64,000 nt of DNA from a virus: positions 32,001 to 96,000 of IMG/VR virus record IMGVR_UViG_3300036800_000311, one strand, 5' to 3'. Below, piece after piece: positions 54,685 through 63,904 of this stretch (position 1 is the stretch's first letter; the number at the start of each line of letters is the position of its first letter). Under the pieces are notes generated by a model that was given only the letters and a program-made list of their open reading frames with translations, did no database searches and was not told the DNA's origin. A program made the translations under genes and the position numbers.

Positions 54685-57449
54685 GGACGTACGGGACCCT
54701 GCGCTTCGGCGAGGACAAGGGTCGCACCTTTGGCGGCTCGTTCTGGATCATCTCCGCGGAGCCGCACGTCACGATGCGCCTGAAGCGGATCTTCGGACGG
54801 GTGGACCCGAGGCGGGACGGAACCCTCGTGATCAGCGACACGCCGGAGACCGCCGCGGACCTGGAGTGGGTGCTGGGGCGCTGGCCGCTCGTCCTGGACG
54901 AGGCGTCCCGCTCCCGCCTGGAGGTCGCCGCCCGCGGCTACCGAGAGTCGCAGGAGGCCGTCGACAAGATCTTCGGCGGGGATCGCCTTCCCTTCCGGAT
55001 GACCCCGGCCCGCGAGCCCCGCGACTACCAACTGGTCGCCGCGGACGTGACGCTGACCACGGGGCGCCTGCTCCTCACGGACGACATCGGACTCGGGAAG
55101 ACGTTCACGGGCCTGCTGGTCCTCCGTGACCCCGAGGCCCGTCCGGCCCTCGTCGTGTGCCCGACCCACCTGACCCGTCAGTGGCTCGCGGAGCTGCACA
55201 TCAGCTTCCCGACGCTGAGGGGCCACATCGCCCAGCGGGCCACGCCGTACAACCCGTCCCTCCGGAGGGACATGGGCGGGCACTACCCCGACGTGCTGAT
55301 CATGTCCTACTCGAAGCTCGCGGGCTGGTCCCAGCACCTCGTCGGCTGGGTCCGGACGGTCATCTTCGACGAGATCCAGGACCTCCGCGTGGCGGGATCC
55401 CAGAAGTACACCGCGGCGGCGATGATCGCGGACGCGGCGCGCGTCAAGCTCGGGATGACCGCGAGTCCCGTCTACAACTACGGCGGCGAGATCTACAACG
55501 TGATGCGGATCCTCGACGTGGACGCGCTCGGCACCCGAGCGGAGTTCGTCCAGGAGTGGGGGGCGGAGAGCGGTAAGAAGGTCGCGGTGAGGGACCCGCG
55601 CGCCCTGGGATCGTTTCTCCGGGAGGAGAACCTCATGCTGCGGCGCACCCGCGCGGACGTCGGCCGCGAGCTCGGGGACCTCGTCCGCGTCCCCCACGAC
55701 GTCGACGCGGACCCGGACGTGATCGAGCGGGAGACGGCCGACGCGACGAGCCTCGCGACGCTGATCCTGAGCGGCGACGGCAACCGTCAGGAGCGGTTCC
55801 AGGCGGCGGGCGACCTCGACTGGCAGATGCGCCGGGCGACCGGACTGGCGAAGGCGCCGTACGTGGCGGCGTTCGTCCAGCTGCTGCTGGAGTCCGAGGC
55901 GAAGGTGGTCCTGTTCGGATGGCATCGGGACGTGTACGCCGCCTGGCAGGAGCGCTTCCGCAGGGCCGAGATCGGGTTCGTGATGTACACCGGGAGCGAG
56001 TCGCCCGCCGCGAAGCAGCGCGCGAAGGACGCCTTCCTCGACGACGACGACTGCCGCGTCTTCGTGATGTCCCTGCGGTCGGGGGCGGGCCTCGACGGCC
56101 TTCAGCAGGCGTGCAGCGTCGCGGTCTTCGGGGAGCTCGACTGGTCCCCGGCGATGCACGATCAGTGCCTCTCGGCCGACACGGAGATTTTGACGCCTGG
56201 CGGATGGGCTCAGATGGGCGAAGTCGCTACGGGCGACGAGGTAGCCGCGTTCGATCGCGAGACGGAGGAGATCTCGTGGCGGCCAGCGCGGCGCGTTATC
56301 GAGCGTGGCCTTGCAGGCGGTGAGGAGATCTATGAGATGAAGTTGCCGGGCGTAGATCTACGCGTAACCGGCGATCATCGCATCGTCTATCAGCAGTCGT
56401 GCGGCGCGGGTCACCGCAAGATGAGTGGATGGAAGGTAGATACGGCTGCCAAACTAGCCAGTGGTCGTAGTTGGTATCGCATCCCAGTTGCTGGCTACGA
56501 AGAGGGCGTAGGCATACCGCTGACCGACTCCGAATTGTCGTTTCTCGGATGGTGGATCACGGACGGCACCCTGTCGAACCAGCGGACGCGCGCGACGCCC
56601 GGACTCGTCATCTGCCAGGCTCAAGCGTCGCCGCATAACGGGCATATTCGTCAGACCCTTGACGGTTGCGGGTTCGCCTGGACGGTCGCCGTCCGTGACG
56701 TCGGGTCCCAATTTGATCGTCGGTCGCCGATGCTTCACTATTCCGTACCTAAGAAGAGGTCGACAACACGCCTCGGGCGCGGATGGGAGGAGTTAGCGCC
56801 ATACCTCGACAAGGATCTATCGCCCCTGCTCGACGATATGACTTCCAACCAGCTCGCAGTGTTTATGGAGGCGGTCCATTATGGGGACGGGGACAAGCAG
56901 GGTAAGGTGGTCCCAGGGAAGGGTGTTCAGCGGAGTTACCACGTCGGTACCGCCAGGCGCCTATTCGCCGATCGCCTCCAGTCGCTCCTCATTCGTCGCG
57001 GGTGGAGAGCAAACGTCATCGAGAAGAAGACCCCCCTGGGCCGACCATACTTCAAGATCAATACGAAGCCTGGGGCGATCCGCTCGATAAAGGGTAGCCA
57101 GCAGTTCTTACGCGTAGACCCCAGGGAGGGCGAGCGCGTCTGGTGCGTTGAGAACGACCTCGGTACCCTGGTCGTCCGTCGGCACGGTAAGGCGGCGATC
57201 GTCGGAAACTGCCTCGGCCGCCTTCATCGCGACGGCCAGGACGACCCGGTCGTCGGGTACTTCTTGACGTGCGACTACGGATCGGATCCGACGGTGATGG
57301 AGGTGCTCGGCGTCAAGCGCGGGCAGGCGGAGCCGATGATGGATCCGACGGTCGAGTTGTTCGAGCGGATGGAACCCCGAGGCGATCGCGTGAGGATGCT
57401 CGCACGGTCCGTCCTGGACCGCGGAGTAGGGGCGAGGGTCCGAGCGTGA
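54681..57449 (+). CDS. SNF2-family helicase with intein
   Basis: DDIGLGKT; DEIQ; TASP; GLDGLQ; Q|CLGRLHRDGQ after splicing. Confidence 0.9.
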   Translation: MRTYGTLRFGEDKGRTFGGSFWIISAEPHVTMRLKRIFGRVDPRRDGTLVISDTPETAADLEWVLGRWPLVLDEASRSRLEVAARGYRESQEAVDKIFGGDRLPFRMTPAREPRDYQLVAADVTLTTGRLLLTDDIGLGKTFTGLLVLRDPEARPALVVCPTHLTRQWLAELHISFPTLRGHIAQRATPYNPSLRRDMGGHYPDVLIMSYSKLAGWSQHLVGWVRTVIFDEIQDLRVAGSQKYTAAAMIADAARVKLGMTASPVYNYGGEIYNVMRILDVDALGTRAEFVQEWGAESGKKVAVRDPRALGSFLREENLMLRRTRADVGRELGDLVRVPHDVDADPDVIERETADATSLATLILSGDGNRQERFQAAGDLDWQMRRATGLAKAPYVAAFVQLLLESEAKVVLFGWHRDVYAAWQERFRRAEIGFVMYTGSESPAAKQRAKDAFLDDDDCRVFVMSLRSGAGLDGLQQACSVAVFGELDWSPAMHDQCLSADTEILTPGGWAQMGEVATGDEVAAFDRETEEISWRPARRVIERGLAGGEEIYEMKLPGVDLRVTGDHRIVYQQSCGAGHRKMSGWKVDTAAKLASGRSWYRIPVAGYEEGVGIPLTDSELSFLGWWITDGTLSNQRTRATPGLVICQAQASPHNGHIRQTLDGCGFAWTVAVRDVGSQFDRRSPMLHYSVPKKRSTTRLGRGWEELAPYLDKDLSPLLDDMTSNQLAVFMEAVHYGDGDKQGKVVPGKGVQRSYHVGTARRLFADRLQSLLIRRGWRANVIEKKTPLGRPYFKINTKPGAIRSIKGSQQFLRVDPREGERVWCVENDLGTLVVRRHGKAAIVGNCLGRLHRDGQDDPVVGYFLTCDYGSDPTVMEVLGVKRGQAEPMMDPTVELFERMEPRGDRVRMLARSVLDRGVGARVRA
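56166..57209 (+). mobile_element. Intein with LAGLIDADG-like endonuclease in helicase motif VI
   Basis: CLSADTEILT..VTGDH..VWCV..IVGN|C; LGWWITDG, EAVHYGDG; lower GC than the exteins. Confidence 0.9.
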
Positions 57450-57598
57450 TGAGTCTCCGCCGACCGGGGCAGATCTACCCCGTCTCTCACCACTGGCTCT
57501 ACTGGGAGTTGTTCTGGCGCCAGGCGGAGTCTCGCCGCGACCTGGCCTCCCGGTGGCGCGCGTTCGCGAGGCGCGTCGACGGATGGATTAGTCCGTGA
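57446..57598 (+). CDS. Small hypothetical protein
   Basis: GTGA overlaps on both sides. Confidence 0.4.
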   Translation: MMSLRRPGQIYPVSHHWLYWELFWRQAESRRDLASRWRAFARRVDGWISP

Positions 57599-58396
57599 GC
57601 ATCCTTCGACTCTTTCCGGGCATCGATCCCGATGAGTTGATCGTCGGCGCGAAGCGCGACCATAAGCCCGTTGGGACGGTGTGCCTGTTCTCGGGGGGGA
57701 ACGACTCGTCTGTGCTCGCGCATCGTTGCCACGAGCACTACTCGGCGCTCGCGTTCATCGACACCGGCACGGCGCTGCCGGGCGCTGATCGTCCTTGAGT
57801 CCGGCGACGCGTATCGGCGTCTGGTGCTCGGGATCAAGGAGAACCCGCCGCCGGGGTGGCGTCCGTATGGCTTCCCCGGCCCCGCTGGTCATAACCGGAC
57901 GTACAACCAGATCAAGGAGCGCCAGCTCCGCCAGCTCCGAGCACGGCTGCAGGAGGGACACAAGCGGGGGGCGCGTGTGCTATTCCTGACCGGGATTCGT
58001 CGTGGGGAGAGTCAGCGCCGGTCGAAGCGGATGCCGATCACGAGCCACGGCGCGATCCGGTTCGTGAACCCGCTGATCGACTGGTCCGACGCCGACATGC
58101 GCGCCTACCGCTCAGAGCACGAGCTACCGGAGTCCGACGTCGCGGCTTTGATCCACCGCTCAGGGGAGTGCAACTGCGGGGCGTTCGCGGCACCGGGCGA
58201 GCGGGAGATGCTCGCCTCTCTGTGGCCGGAGTGGTTCGAGACGACGATCGGAAGTCTTGAGCGCGAGGCCGAGGCGCGCGGGATCGCATCGTGCCGGTGG
58301 GGCGAACGATCGGTAGGGCCGATCCCGGATGACGCTGGCGCGCTCTGCTCGGATTGCCAGATGCGACTCAACGTATCGGCTGACGTGGCGCCGTGA
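57595..58396 (+). pseudogene. PAPS reductase-family protein with deletion/frameshift near 57780
   Basis: FSGGNDS..DTGTALPG in one frame; GIRRGESQRR..NPLIDWS..SGECNCG in another. Confidence 0.8.
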
Positions 58397-58884
58397 GCGG
58401 CCGCCCCGTCCCCGCCTGGCAGTCCCGCCGGTTCGTGCCGGAGAAGACCGCGGACCCGCTCACCTCTCCCGTCGGCGGCGGGAAGTCTCCATACCGTCTT
58501 GGCCGAGACTTCGAGGCGGCGGTCCGCGGACAGCTCGAGCGCCGCTCCTACTTCGTGATGCGAGCCCACGCGAGCAAGGGCAAGATCGACCTCCTCGCCG
58601 TCGGCAGGGTCACGACCGGGATCGGGATCTCGGGCCTGTTCATCCAGTGCAAGCGCCGGGGCGACATCGGCTCGACCGAGTGGAACGATGTGTGGGGAAT
58701 CGCGGAGGCCGCGGGGGGCTGGCCCGTCGTCTGCTTCCGCCCGAGCCCGAGGAAGACTGCCTACTACCGGCTCGACGCGCCTCGCGAGCCGCGCCGCCCG
58801 GGGCGCCCCTGGACGCAGTTCGACCCGACGGATTGCTCTGTTGTCATTGTCCCGCCGACGCTGCCGCTCGGGCGCGCGACGTGA
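58393..58884 (+). CDS. Hjc-like Holliday junction resolvase
   Basis: GRDFE..RAHASKGKIDLLA..IQCK. Confidence 0.8.
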   Translation: MSGRPVPAWQSRRFVPEKTADPLTSPVGGGKSPYRLGRDFEAAVRGQLERRSYFVMRAHASKGKIDLLAVGRVTTGIGISGLFIQCKRRGDIGSTEWNDVWGIAEAAGGWPVVCFRPSPRKTAYYRLDAPREPRRPGRPWTQFDPTDCSVVIVPPTLPLGRAT

Positions 58885-58933
58885 CCTACGGTATACTGCC
58901 AGTACCCGCTTGAATGATCGAAGGAGGAGTAAG

Positions 58934-59215
58934 TTGACCGCCGAGGCAACCGAGGAGCAGGACCTAGTTCGAGCGAGTGAGATCGCGGCGATGCTGGGAC
59001 TAAAACAGCCGAACGTTCACGCCTGGCTGCGTCGCCGCGGCATCAAGCCCGTCGCGAGGGACGAGGCCCGAGGCTGGAAGCTTTACTCCCGGGCGGAGAT
59101 CGAGCTGGCCCGCGACGCGTGGGTCTCTACCGGCGGGACGGCGACGGGCGGCGCGGACGCGAACGAGAAGCGCCGGGCGGCGGCGCTCGCGCGCTCCGCG
59201 GCGAGGGCGTCATGA
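58934..59215 (+). CDS. MerR/Xis-like HTH protein
   Basis: SD AAGGAGG + TTG; ASEIAAMLGLKQPNVHAW..LYSRAEI; GTATACT at 58891. Confidence 0.7.
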   Translation: MTAEATEEQDLVRASEIAAMLGLKQPNVHAWLRRRGIKPVARDEARGWKLYSRAEIELARDAWVSTGGTATGGADANEKRRAAALARSAARAS

Positions 59216-60234
59216 TCGAGATCGAGCAGCCCGAGGTCTTCTTGATCGCGGAGCCGATGCTGAACACGGCCGAGATGATGCGCTACCTCCATGGGGTCGG
59301 CGGGGAGGCCTGGGCGGAGCGAGCGCTCGCCTCCCCGATCCCCGCGGCCGAGGGGCTGGTCGAGTTCATGGGGCGACTCTGCTACAAGTCCTGGGAGCCA
59401 GGCCTGAACAAGAACGTCACGAAGATCCGCGAGGATCGCGGCGACTACCTCCTGAACGTCCTGAGGTCCGCCCACGGGTCGGTGCTGGAGCACGCCTCCT
59501 TCTCCTTCGTCATCCACGACTGCTCGCGGGTTCTCACCGCAGAGCTGAATCGTCACCGCGCCGGGGTGGCGATCAGCGAGCAGTCACTCCGGTACGTGCG
59601 ACTCGACGAGCTGCGCTTCCGACTCCCTCCGATCCTGCGGCCGGAGACGCGCGACTACATGCGCATCGTGGTCGAGGGCCTGGAGGAGGACATGGCCCAC
59701 ATGATGTCGCTGGAGGGACTCGACGAGCCTGGCCTCGACTTCGCCCGGAAGAAGACGATCACCTCCGCCCTCCGCCGGGCCGCGCCGCTCGGGCTCGCGA
59801 CGGAGGAGGGGTGGACCGCCAACGTTCGCGCGCTGAGGCACGTGATCGAGATGCGCTCGGCGACGGGCGCGGAGGAGGAGATCCGGGTCTTCGCCGCCCA
59901 GGTGGCCCGCATCATGCAGGACCGAGCGTCCCAGGATCGCGGACGTGCTCGAGGCTCGCCGCGCCGCCCTGGCGGCCCGCGGTCGACCGTGACCACCTGG
60001 GTGATGACGCCCGCGGACATCGCGGCGTCTCGCGATCGCCTCGCGCGGGCGACGGCCCTGGCCCAGGCGGGCGACGTCGACGGAGCGAGGCGCGTCTGGT
60101 GGTTCCCATCGGCCGAGCAGCTCCCGAAGAGGCACTGGTCGGAGACAGCTCCGCCGTGCAGTTGTCGCGTAGACGGGGAGCCTCGCGGCGACTCGCTGTG
60201 TCGCTGGTGCGGCGGCGTGCTACCCGACCCGTAG
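59212..60234 (+). CDS. thyX: FAD-dependent thymidylate synthase with unusual C-terminal extension
   Basis: GRLCY; HGSVLEH; RHRAGVAISEQSLRY; N.R. Confidence 0.92.
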   Translation: MIEIEQPEVFLIAEPMLNTAEMMRYLHGVGGEAWAERALASPIPAAEGLVEFMGRLCYKSWEPGLNKNVTKIREDRGDYLLNVLRSAHGSVLEHASFSFVIHDCSRVLTAELNRHRAGVAISEQSLRYVRLDELRFRLPPILRPETRDYMRIVVEGLEEDMAHMMSLEGLDEPGLDFARKKTITSALRRAAPLGLATEEGWTANVRALRHVIEMRSATGAEEEIRVFAAQVARIMQDRASQDRGRARGSPRRPGGPRSTVTTWVMTPADIAASRDRLARATALAQAGDVDGARRVWWFPSAEQLPKRHWSETAPPCSCRVDGEPRGDSLCRWCGGVLPDP

Positions 60235-60242
60235 GAGCGTTC

Positions 60243-60752
60243 GTGCTGGGCGATGAACCCTTCCCTCCCTCTGGAAGTACGGCACGACTGTCGGACTGTG
60301 GACGCTACCGCTACGAGTTGGGGCGACGCTGGGGCCATGGGCCGTGCGTGACCTTCGTGATGTTGAATCCGTCGACGGCGGACGCGACGCTGGATGATCC
60401 GACGATTCGCCGCTGTAGGCGATTCGCCCGAGACTGGGGGATGGGAGCGCTGGTCGTCGTGAACCTCTACGCGCTGCGCTCCGTCGACCCGAGGGCGCTG
60501 GAAACTGCGGAGGATCCGGTCGGCCCGGAGAACGACGACGTCACCCACGACGCTATCGCCAGGAGCCGCACCGTGATCGTCGCCTGGGGGGCTGATCGCC
60601 ACGCCCAGGCCCGCAGCGCAAGGATCCTGGAGATCCTGGCGGAGGTAGGTCGCCGTCCGTACTGCCTCGGGCTGACGAAGGAGAACAAGCCACGGCATCC
60701 CTTGTACGTGCGTGCGGACCTTCGGCCGATTCCCTTCACTGGCGCGCGCTAG
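60243..60752 (+). CDS. DUF1643-family protein
   Basis: SDCGRYRYEL.R.W..MLNPSTAD..DDPT..NLYA..AWG..PRHPLY. Confidence 0.9.
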   Translation: MLGDEPFPPSGSTARLSDCGRYRYELGRRWGHGPCVTFVMLNPSTADATLDDPTIRRCRRFARDWGMGALVVVNLYALRSVDPRALETAEDPVGPENDDVTHDAIARSRTVIVAWGADRHAQARSARILEILAEVGRRPYCLGLTKENKPRHPLYVRADLRPIPFTGAR

Positions 60753-60753
60753 G

Positions 60754-60801
60754 CCGAGGTAGTATACTGAGCGTAGCGACTCACTCTCCACCCACCAGGA
60801 G
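60754..60801 (+). promoter_or_regulatory. Conserved promoter + leader box
   Basis: CCGAGGTAGTATACT ... CTCCACCCACCAGGAG. Confidence 0.75.
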
Positions 60802-60806
60802 ACACC

Positions 60807-61157
60807 ATGCAGACCCACGAATCACCCATCAAGACCTACGGTCGCGAGATCTTGGCCTCGAAGTACGCTCCCCTCCGTAGCGTCGTCGGCGAGGTCACGC
60901 GTTCCGCGGGAGGCAACGTCATCCTCCGCGTCGGGCGCGAGGACTCTCCGGGCGGGACGTGGCATCGGACGGAGCACGTCGTCGTCACCCCCGCCGAGGC
61001 GTGCGAGCTGGTCCACGACCTCACGGCGAACGTGATCTCAGTCTGGGTCGAGCACGGCGACGAGGACAAGGCCCGCCAGGCGTTCGGTGACGAGGCGGTA
61101 GACGCCTGGTTCCGCGCCAGTGGCATCGACCCTAACGCCAGCCGCGAGGGCTGGTAG
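60807..61157 (+). CDS. Hypothetical protein
   Basis: SD AGGAG after conserved promoter. Confidence 0.65.
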   Translation: MQTHESPIKTYGREILASKYAPLRSVVGEVTRSAGGNVILRVGREDSPGGTWHRTEHVVVTPAEACELVHDLTANVISVWVEHGDEDKARQAFGDEAVDAWFRASGIDPNASREGW

Positions 61158-61161
61158 GCGG

Positions 61162-61410
61162 ATGACCTCCGTCCGGCCCTTTCGCGTCGTGATCGCGGCC
61201 CATCCGATCCCTCCGCGCTGGGAGGTCCCCGGCGCGGAGGTCGAGGTCTTCGCGGAGAGCGAGCGCGAGGCCCGCAGGCAGGCGGTACGGAGCGCCCACC
61301 TGGACGCGGGCGTGCCGCCGCTCCGGTCGCTCCTGAGGCTCTCCTGGGAGCACGTGACCGCGACCGCGGCGCCCTACCAGGCCCATCGGGACGAGAGGCT
61401 GCGGACATGA
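61162..61410 (+). CDS. Hypothetical protein
   Basis: In operon. Confidence 0.5.
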   Translation: MTSVRPFRVVIAAHPIPPRWEVPGAEVEVFAESEREARRQAVRSAHLDAGVPPLRSLLRLSWEHVTATAAPYQAHRDERLRT

Positions 61411-61610
61411 GTCTCGACGGTATTACGGCGGAGGAGATCCGCGAGTGGGATCGGACGATCCGGGCTGGCGGCAGCGTCGCCGTTCCGCCAGGCGAGGCTT
61501 GCGCGTCGCTGGTCCTCGCCGTGGTCCGCCGCGTACATGCCCTCGGCGCCGACCCCACGGACGAGAACGGCGCGGAGGCCATGCGGCGCGTCGAGGAGGC
61601 GCTGGCGTGA
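61407..61610 (+). CDS. Hypothetical protein
   Basis: ATGA/GTGA-coupled. Confidence 0.5.
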   Translation: MSLDGITAEEIREWDRTIRAGGSVAVPPGEACASLVLAVVRRVHALGADPTDENGAEAMRRVEEALA

Positions 61611-61972
61611 GCGCCACCCCCCGTACCCGCACGGTCACGCTGACCCACGAGTCGCCGGTCCGGATCTCCGAGGACGACTGGCTCGTCCTCGCGGAGACCT
61701 CCCTCGACGTGTCCGGCGTCCGCGCGACGATGAAGGTCCGCCGCCACGCCGACGGTCGGGTCCTCGTCTACGGGACGCTCTTCCGAGGGCGAGAGAACCT
61801 CGCGCGGGCTGGGTACCTGCTCGTCGCGGACGCCGACCCCATGGCCATCGCCGATATCGTCTCCGAGACCGTCGAGGATCTCGTCCCGTTGCGCGAGGTC
61901 CTAGAGACCGACCTCGACTGGGATCGTCTGGAGCGGGACTGCATCGCGGCGCTCCCGGCGGTGACGATATGA
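61607..61972 (+). CDS. Hypothetical protein
   Basis: SD GAGGAGG; PVRISEDDW..VRRHADGRVLVYG. Confidence 0.6.
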   Translation: MSATPRTRTVTLTHESPVRISEDDWLVLAETSLDVSGVRATMKVRRHADGRVLVYGTLFRGRENLARAGYLLVADADPMAIADIVSETVEDLVPLREVLETDLDWDRLERDCIAALPAVTI

Positions 61973-62250
61973 GCCCGGTCCGGATCCGCATCGTCTCCCT
62001 GGCCAGTGGCCCGCCGACCCCGTTCGATGGGGAGTACGTCGTCGAGTACGACCCCGGCCACGACGGCGTCGATCGGGAGGGCAGGAGGATGAACTGCCAC
62101 CTGGTCACGACGCCCATCCTCGAAGACGCCCTCGCGTTGACCTCGGCGGAGGCGTTCGAGCTTTGGCGGCGCGTCGACCCTCGGCACCCGGCCCGCCTCG
62201 ACGGACGCCCGAACCGTCCGCTCACGGCGTTTACGGTCGAGATCGGATGA
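61969..62250 (+). CDS. Hypothetical protein
   Basis: DGEYVVEYDP..DGRPNRPLTAFTVEI. Confidence 0.6.
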   Translation: MSPVRIRIVSLASGPPTPFDGEYVVEYDPGHDGVDREGRRMNCHLVTTPILEDALALTSAEAFELWRRVDPRHPARLDGRPNRPLTAFTVEIG

Positions 62251-62519
62251 GCGCCCGGACGAGCACGGCGGAGGCCTGCCTGGACGCCCTCCGCGCCCTC
62301 GAGAGCGGCGAGCGGGAGCCGGGCGAGTGCTTCCCCTGGAACTCGGACTTCGTCCACGGACACGCCGCGAGGGACGTCGCCAGGGTCGTCGGGATCCGCT
62401 GGGCCGAGGCGCTCCTACTCCTGGACGAGCTTGCCGAGGCGCGCCGGGTGATCCGGGTCGTCCCGCGCCGATCCCGGACTCGCAGGCCCGTTCCGGTCTA
62501 CAGGACGGTGGGCTCATGA
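62247..62519 (+). CDS. Winged-helix-like protein
   Basis: ARDVARVVGI..LDELAEA. Confidence 0.5.
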   Translation: MSARTSTAEACLDALRALESGEREPGECFPWNSDFVHGHAARDVARVVGIRWAEALLLLDELAEARRVIRVVPRRSRTRRPVPVYRTVGS

Positions 62520-62797
62520 GGCCACTCACGGAGCGTCAGGAACTCGTCCTCCGGACGATGAGAGAGTTAGGTCGCGAGCGTACCTACATGACTGCCGAGG
62601 ATATAGGCGCAGCGGCCAACCTACCGCCCGTCCGGCGTCGCGGTAGGGGGGCCGTCAAGGGATCCTGGAGCGGACGTATCGCGCCTGGGCTTCAGGTCGC
62701 CTCCACGCTACAGTCACTGGAGAAGCGCGGCCTGGTGGTGTCGGCCGACTCGGGGCGAAGCAGGCGCGTGGCGGTCTATCGACTGGCGGACCGATGA
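62516..62797 (+). CDS. Winged-helix DNA-binding protein
   Basis: LTERQELVL..LQSLEKRGLV. Confidence 0.6.
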   Translation: MRPLTERQELVLRTMRELGRERTYMTAEDIGAAANLPPVRRRGRGAVKGSWSGRIAPGLQVASTLQSLEKRGLVVSADSGRSRRVAVYRLADR

Positions 62798-63042
62798 CCG
62801 TCGAGGAGCATCGGGCGGCGCTCGCGTTCGCCGACGCGGAGCGCTGGCTTCGCCTGATCCATCGCGACGCCGAGGCGCGCGGCCTGCGGTTCCTGGTGAT
62901 GGGACCGCGCTGGGCGACATCCCTCCGGGCGGTCATACTGGACGAGAGGGGCGTGAAGTTCGATATTCCGCTCCCCCGCCCGTACGGCCCCTCCCTTCGT
63001 CGGATCTGGCTGAGGCTCAACCAGGGCGACTACAGCCGATGA
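62794..63042 (+). CDS. Hypothetical protein
   Basis: ATGA-coupled. Confidence 0.45.
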   Translation: MTVEEHRAALAFADAERWLRLIHRDAEARGLRFLVMGPRWATSLRAVILDERGVKFDIPLPRPYGPSLRRIWLRLNQGDYSR

Positions 63043-63232
63043 AACTCCCTCGCCCTCCTCGTCCGCCTCCTCTACTCGCGGCCGGAGTGCTCCTGCGTCA
63101 TCGGGGGGCGTCCTCCGCGGACGCCGGTACGGAACTGCCCCGTCCACGGGTTCGGGGAATGACCGCTCCGCTCTTCGCTGCGAGGGTCCGCTGCGGACCG
63201 TTCGAGGAGTGGCGGGCGGAGCGGGTGACGTC

Positions 63233-63904
63233 GTGAGCATGATCGGCCGCGAGTACTCCTGGCAAGGACGCCGCTGGCGAGTCGTCTGCCGTTGGCGCGC
63301 CGCGACGAAAAACGATCCCTACACCTTCGCGGCCCCCTGCTGCGGGCATCTCCTGACCTCGCCGAACGCGGCGGATTACTGCGGCGACGAGACCCTCGGG
63401 GACGAGTCCTACTGCGGCTCCTGCGGGGCGATGTGGACGGAGCATAGGCCCGCAGGCCATCACTCGGTCGACGGTTGGCGCCCAGGCGGACGGCCGGTCA
63501 TCCGCAACGTCCTGATCGAGGACGTTGAGACCGGCGAGCGCGTCGTCCGGCCGTTTCGCGGACTGCGGAGGGCGAGGGCGACCGTCCTCCCCGAGCGACC
63601 CGTCTCCGCCCTCGCCTGGGAGCTCCGCGGACACCTCGCGGCGTACCGAGAGATCCGCGTGACCCTGACGGATCGCTGCGACGGGGTCCGGACGACGGAC
63701 GACGGCGCGCGGATCCTCCAGGGTCGGGTGTCCAAGGTCAGCCCCACGGACGCCTACGCGATCGTCTGCGGCGTCCTCTGCCCGCTGGCGGAGATCACCT
63801 CCGTGAAGCGCCCGCACTCCTCCGACGGTCCCGCGAGCGACCCCAGGGACCCGTTCGAGGAGGAGCTGGTGGACCTGAGAGCCCAGCTAAGGAGTGGACG
63901 ATGA
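63233..63904 (+). CDS. Hypothetical protein
   Basis: RNVLIE..GERVVRPFRGLRR with a Cys-containing insert. Confidence 0.55.
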   Translation: MSMIGREYSWQGRRWRVVCRWRAATKNDPYTFAAPCCGHLLTSPNAADYCGDETLGDESYCGSCGAMWTEHRPAGHHSVDGWRPGGRPVIRNVLIEDVETGERVVRPFRGLRRARATVLPERPVSALAWELRGHLAAYREIRVTLTDRCDGVRTTDDGARILQGRVSKVSPTDAYAIVCGVLCPLAEITSVKRPHSSDGPASDPRDPFEEELVDLRAQLRSGR

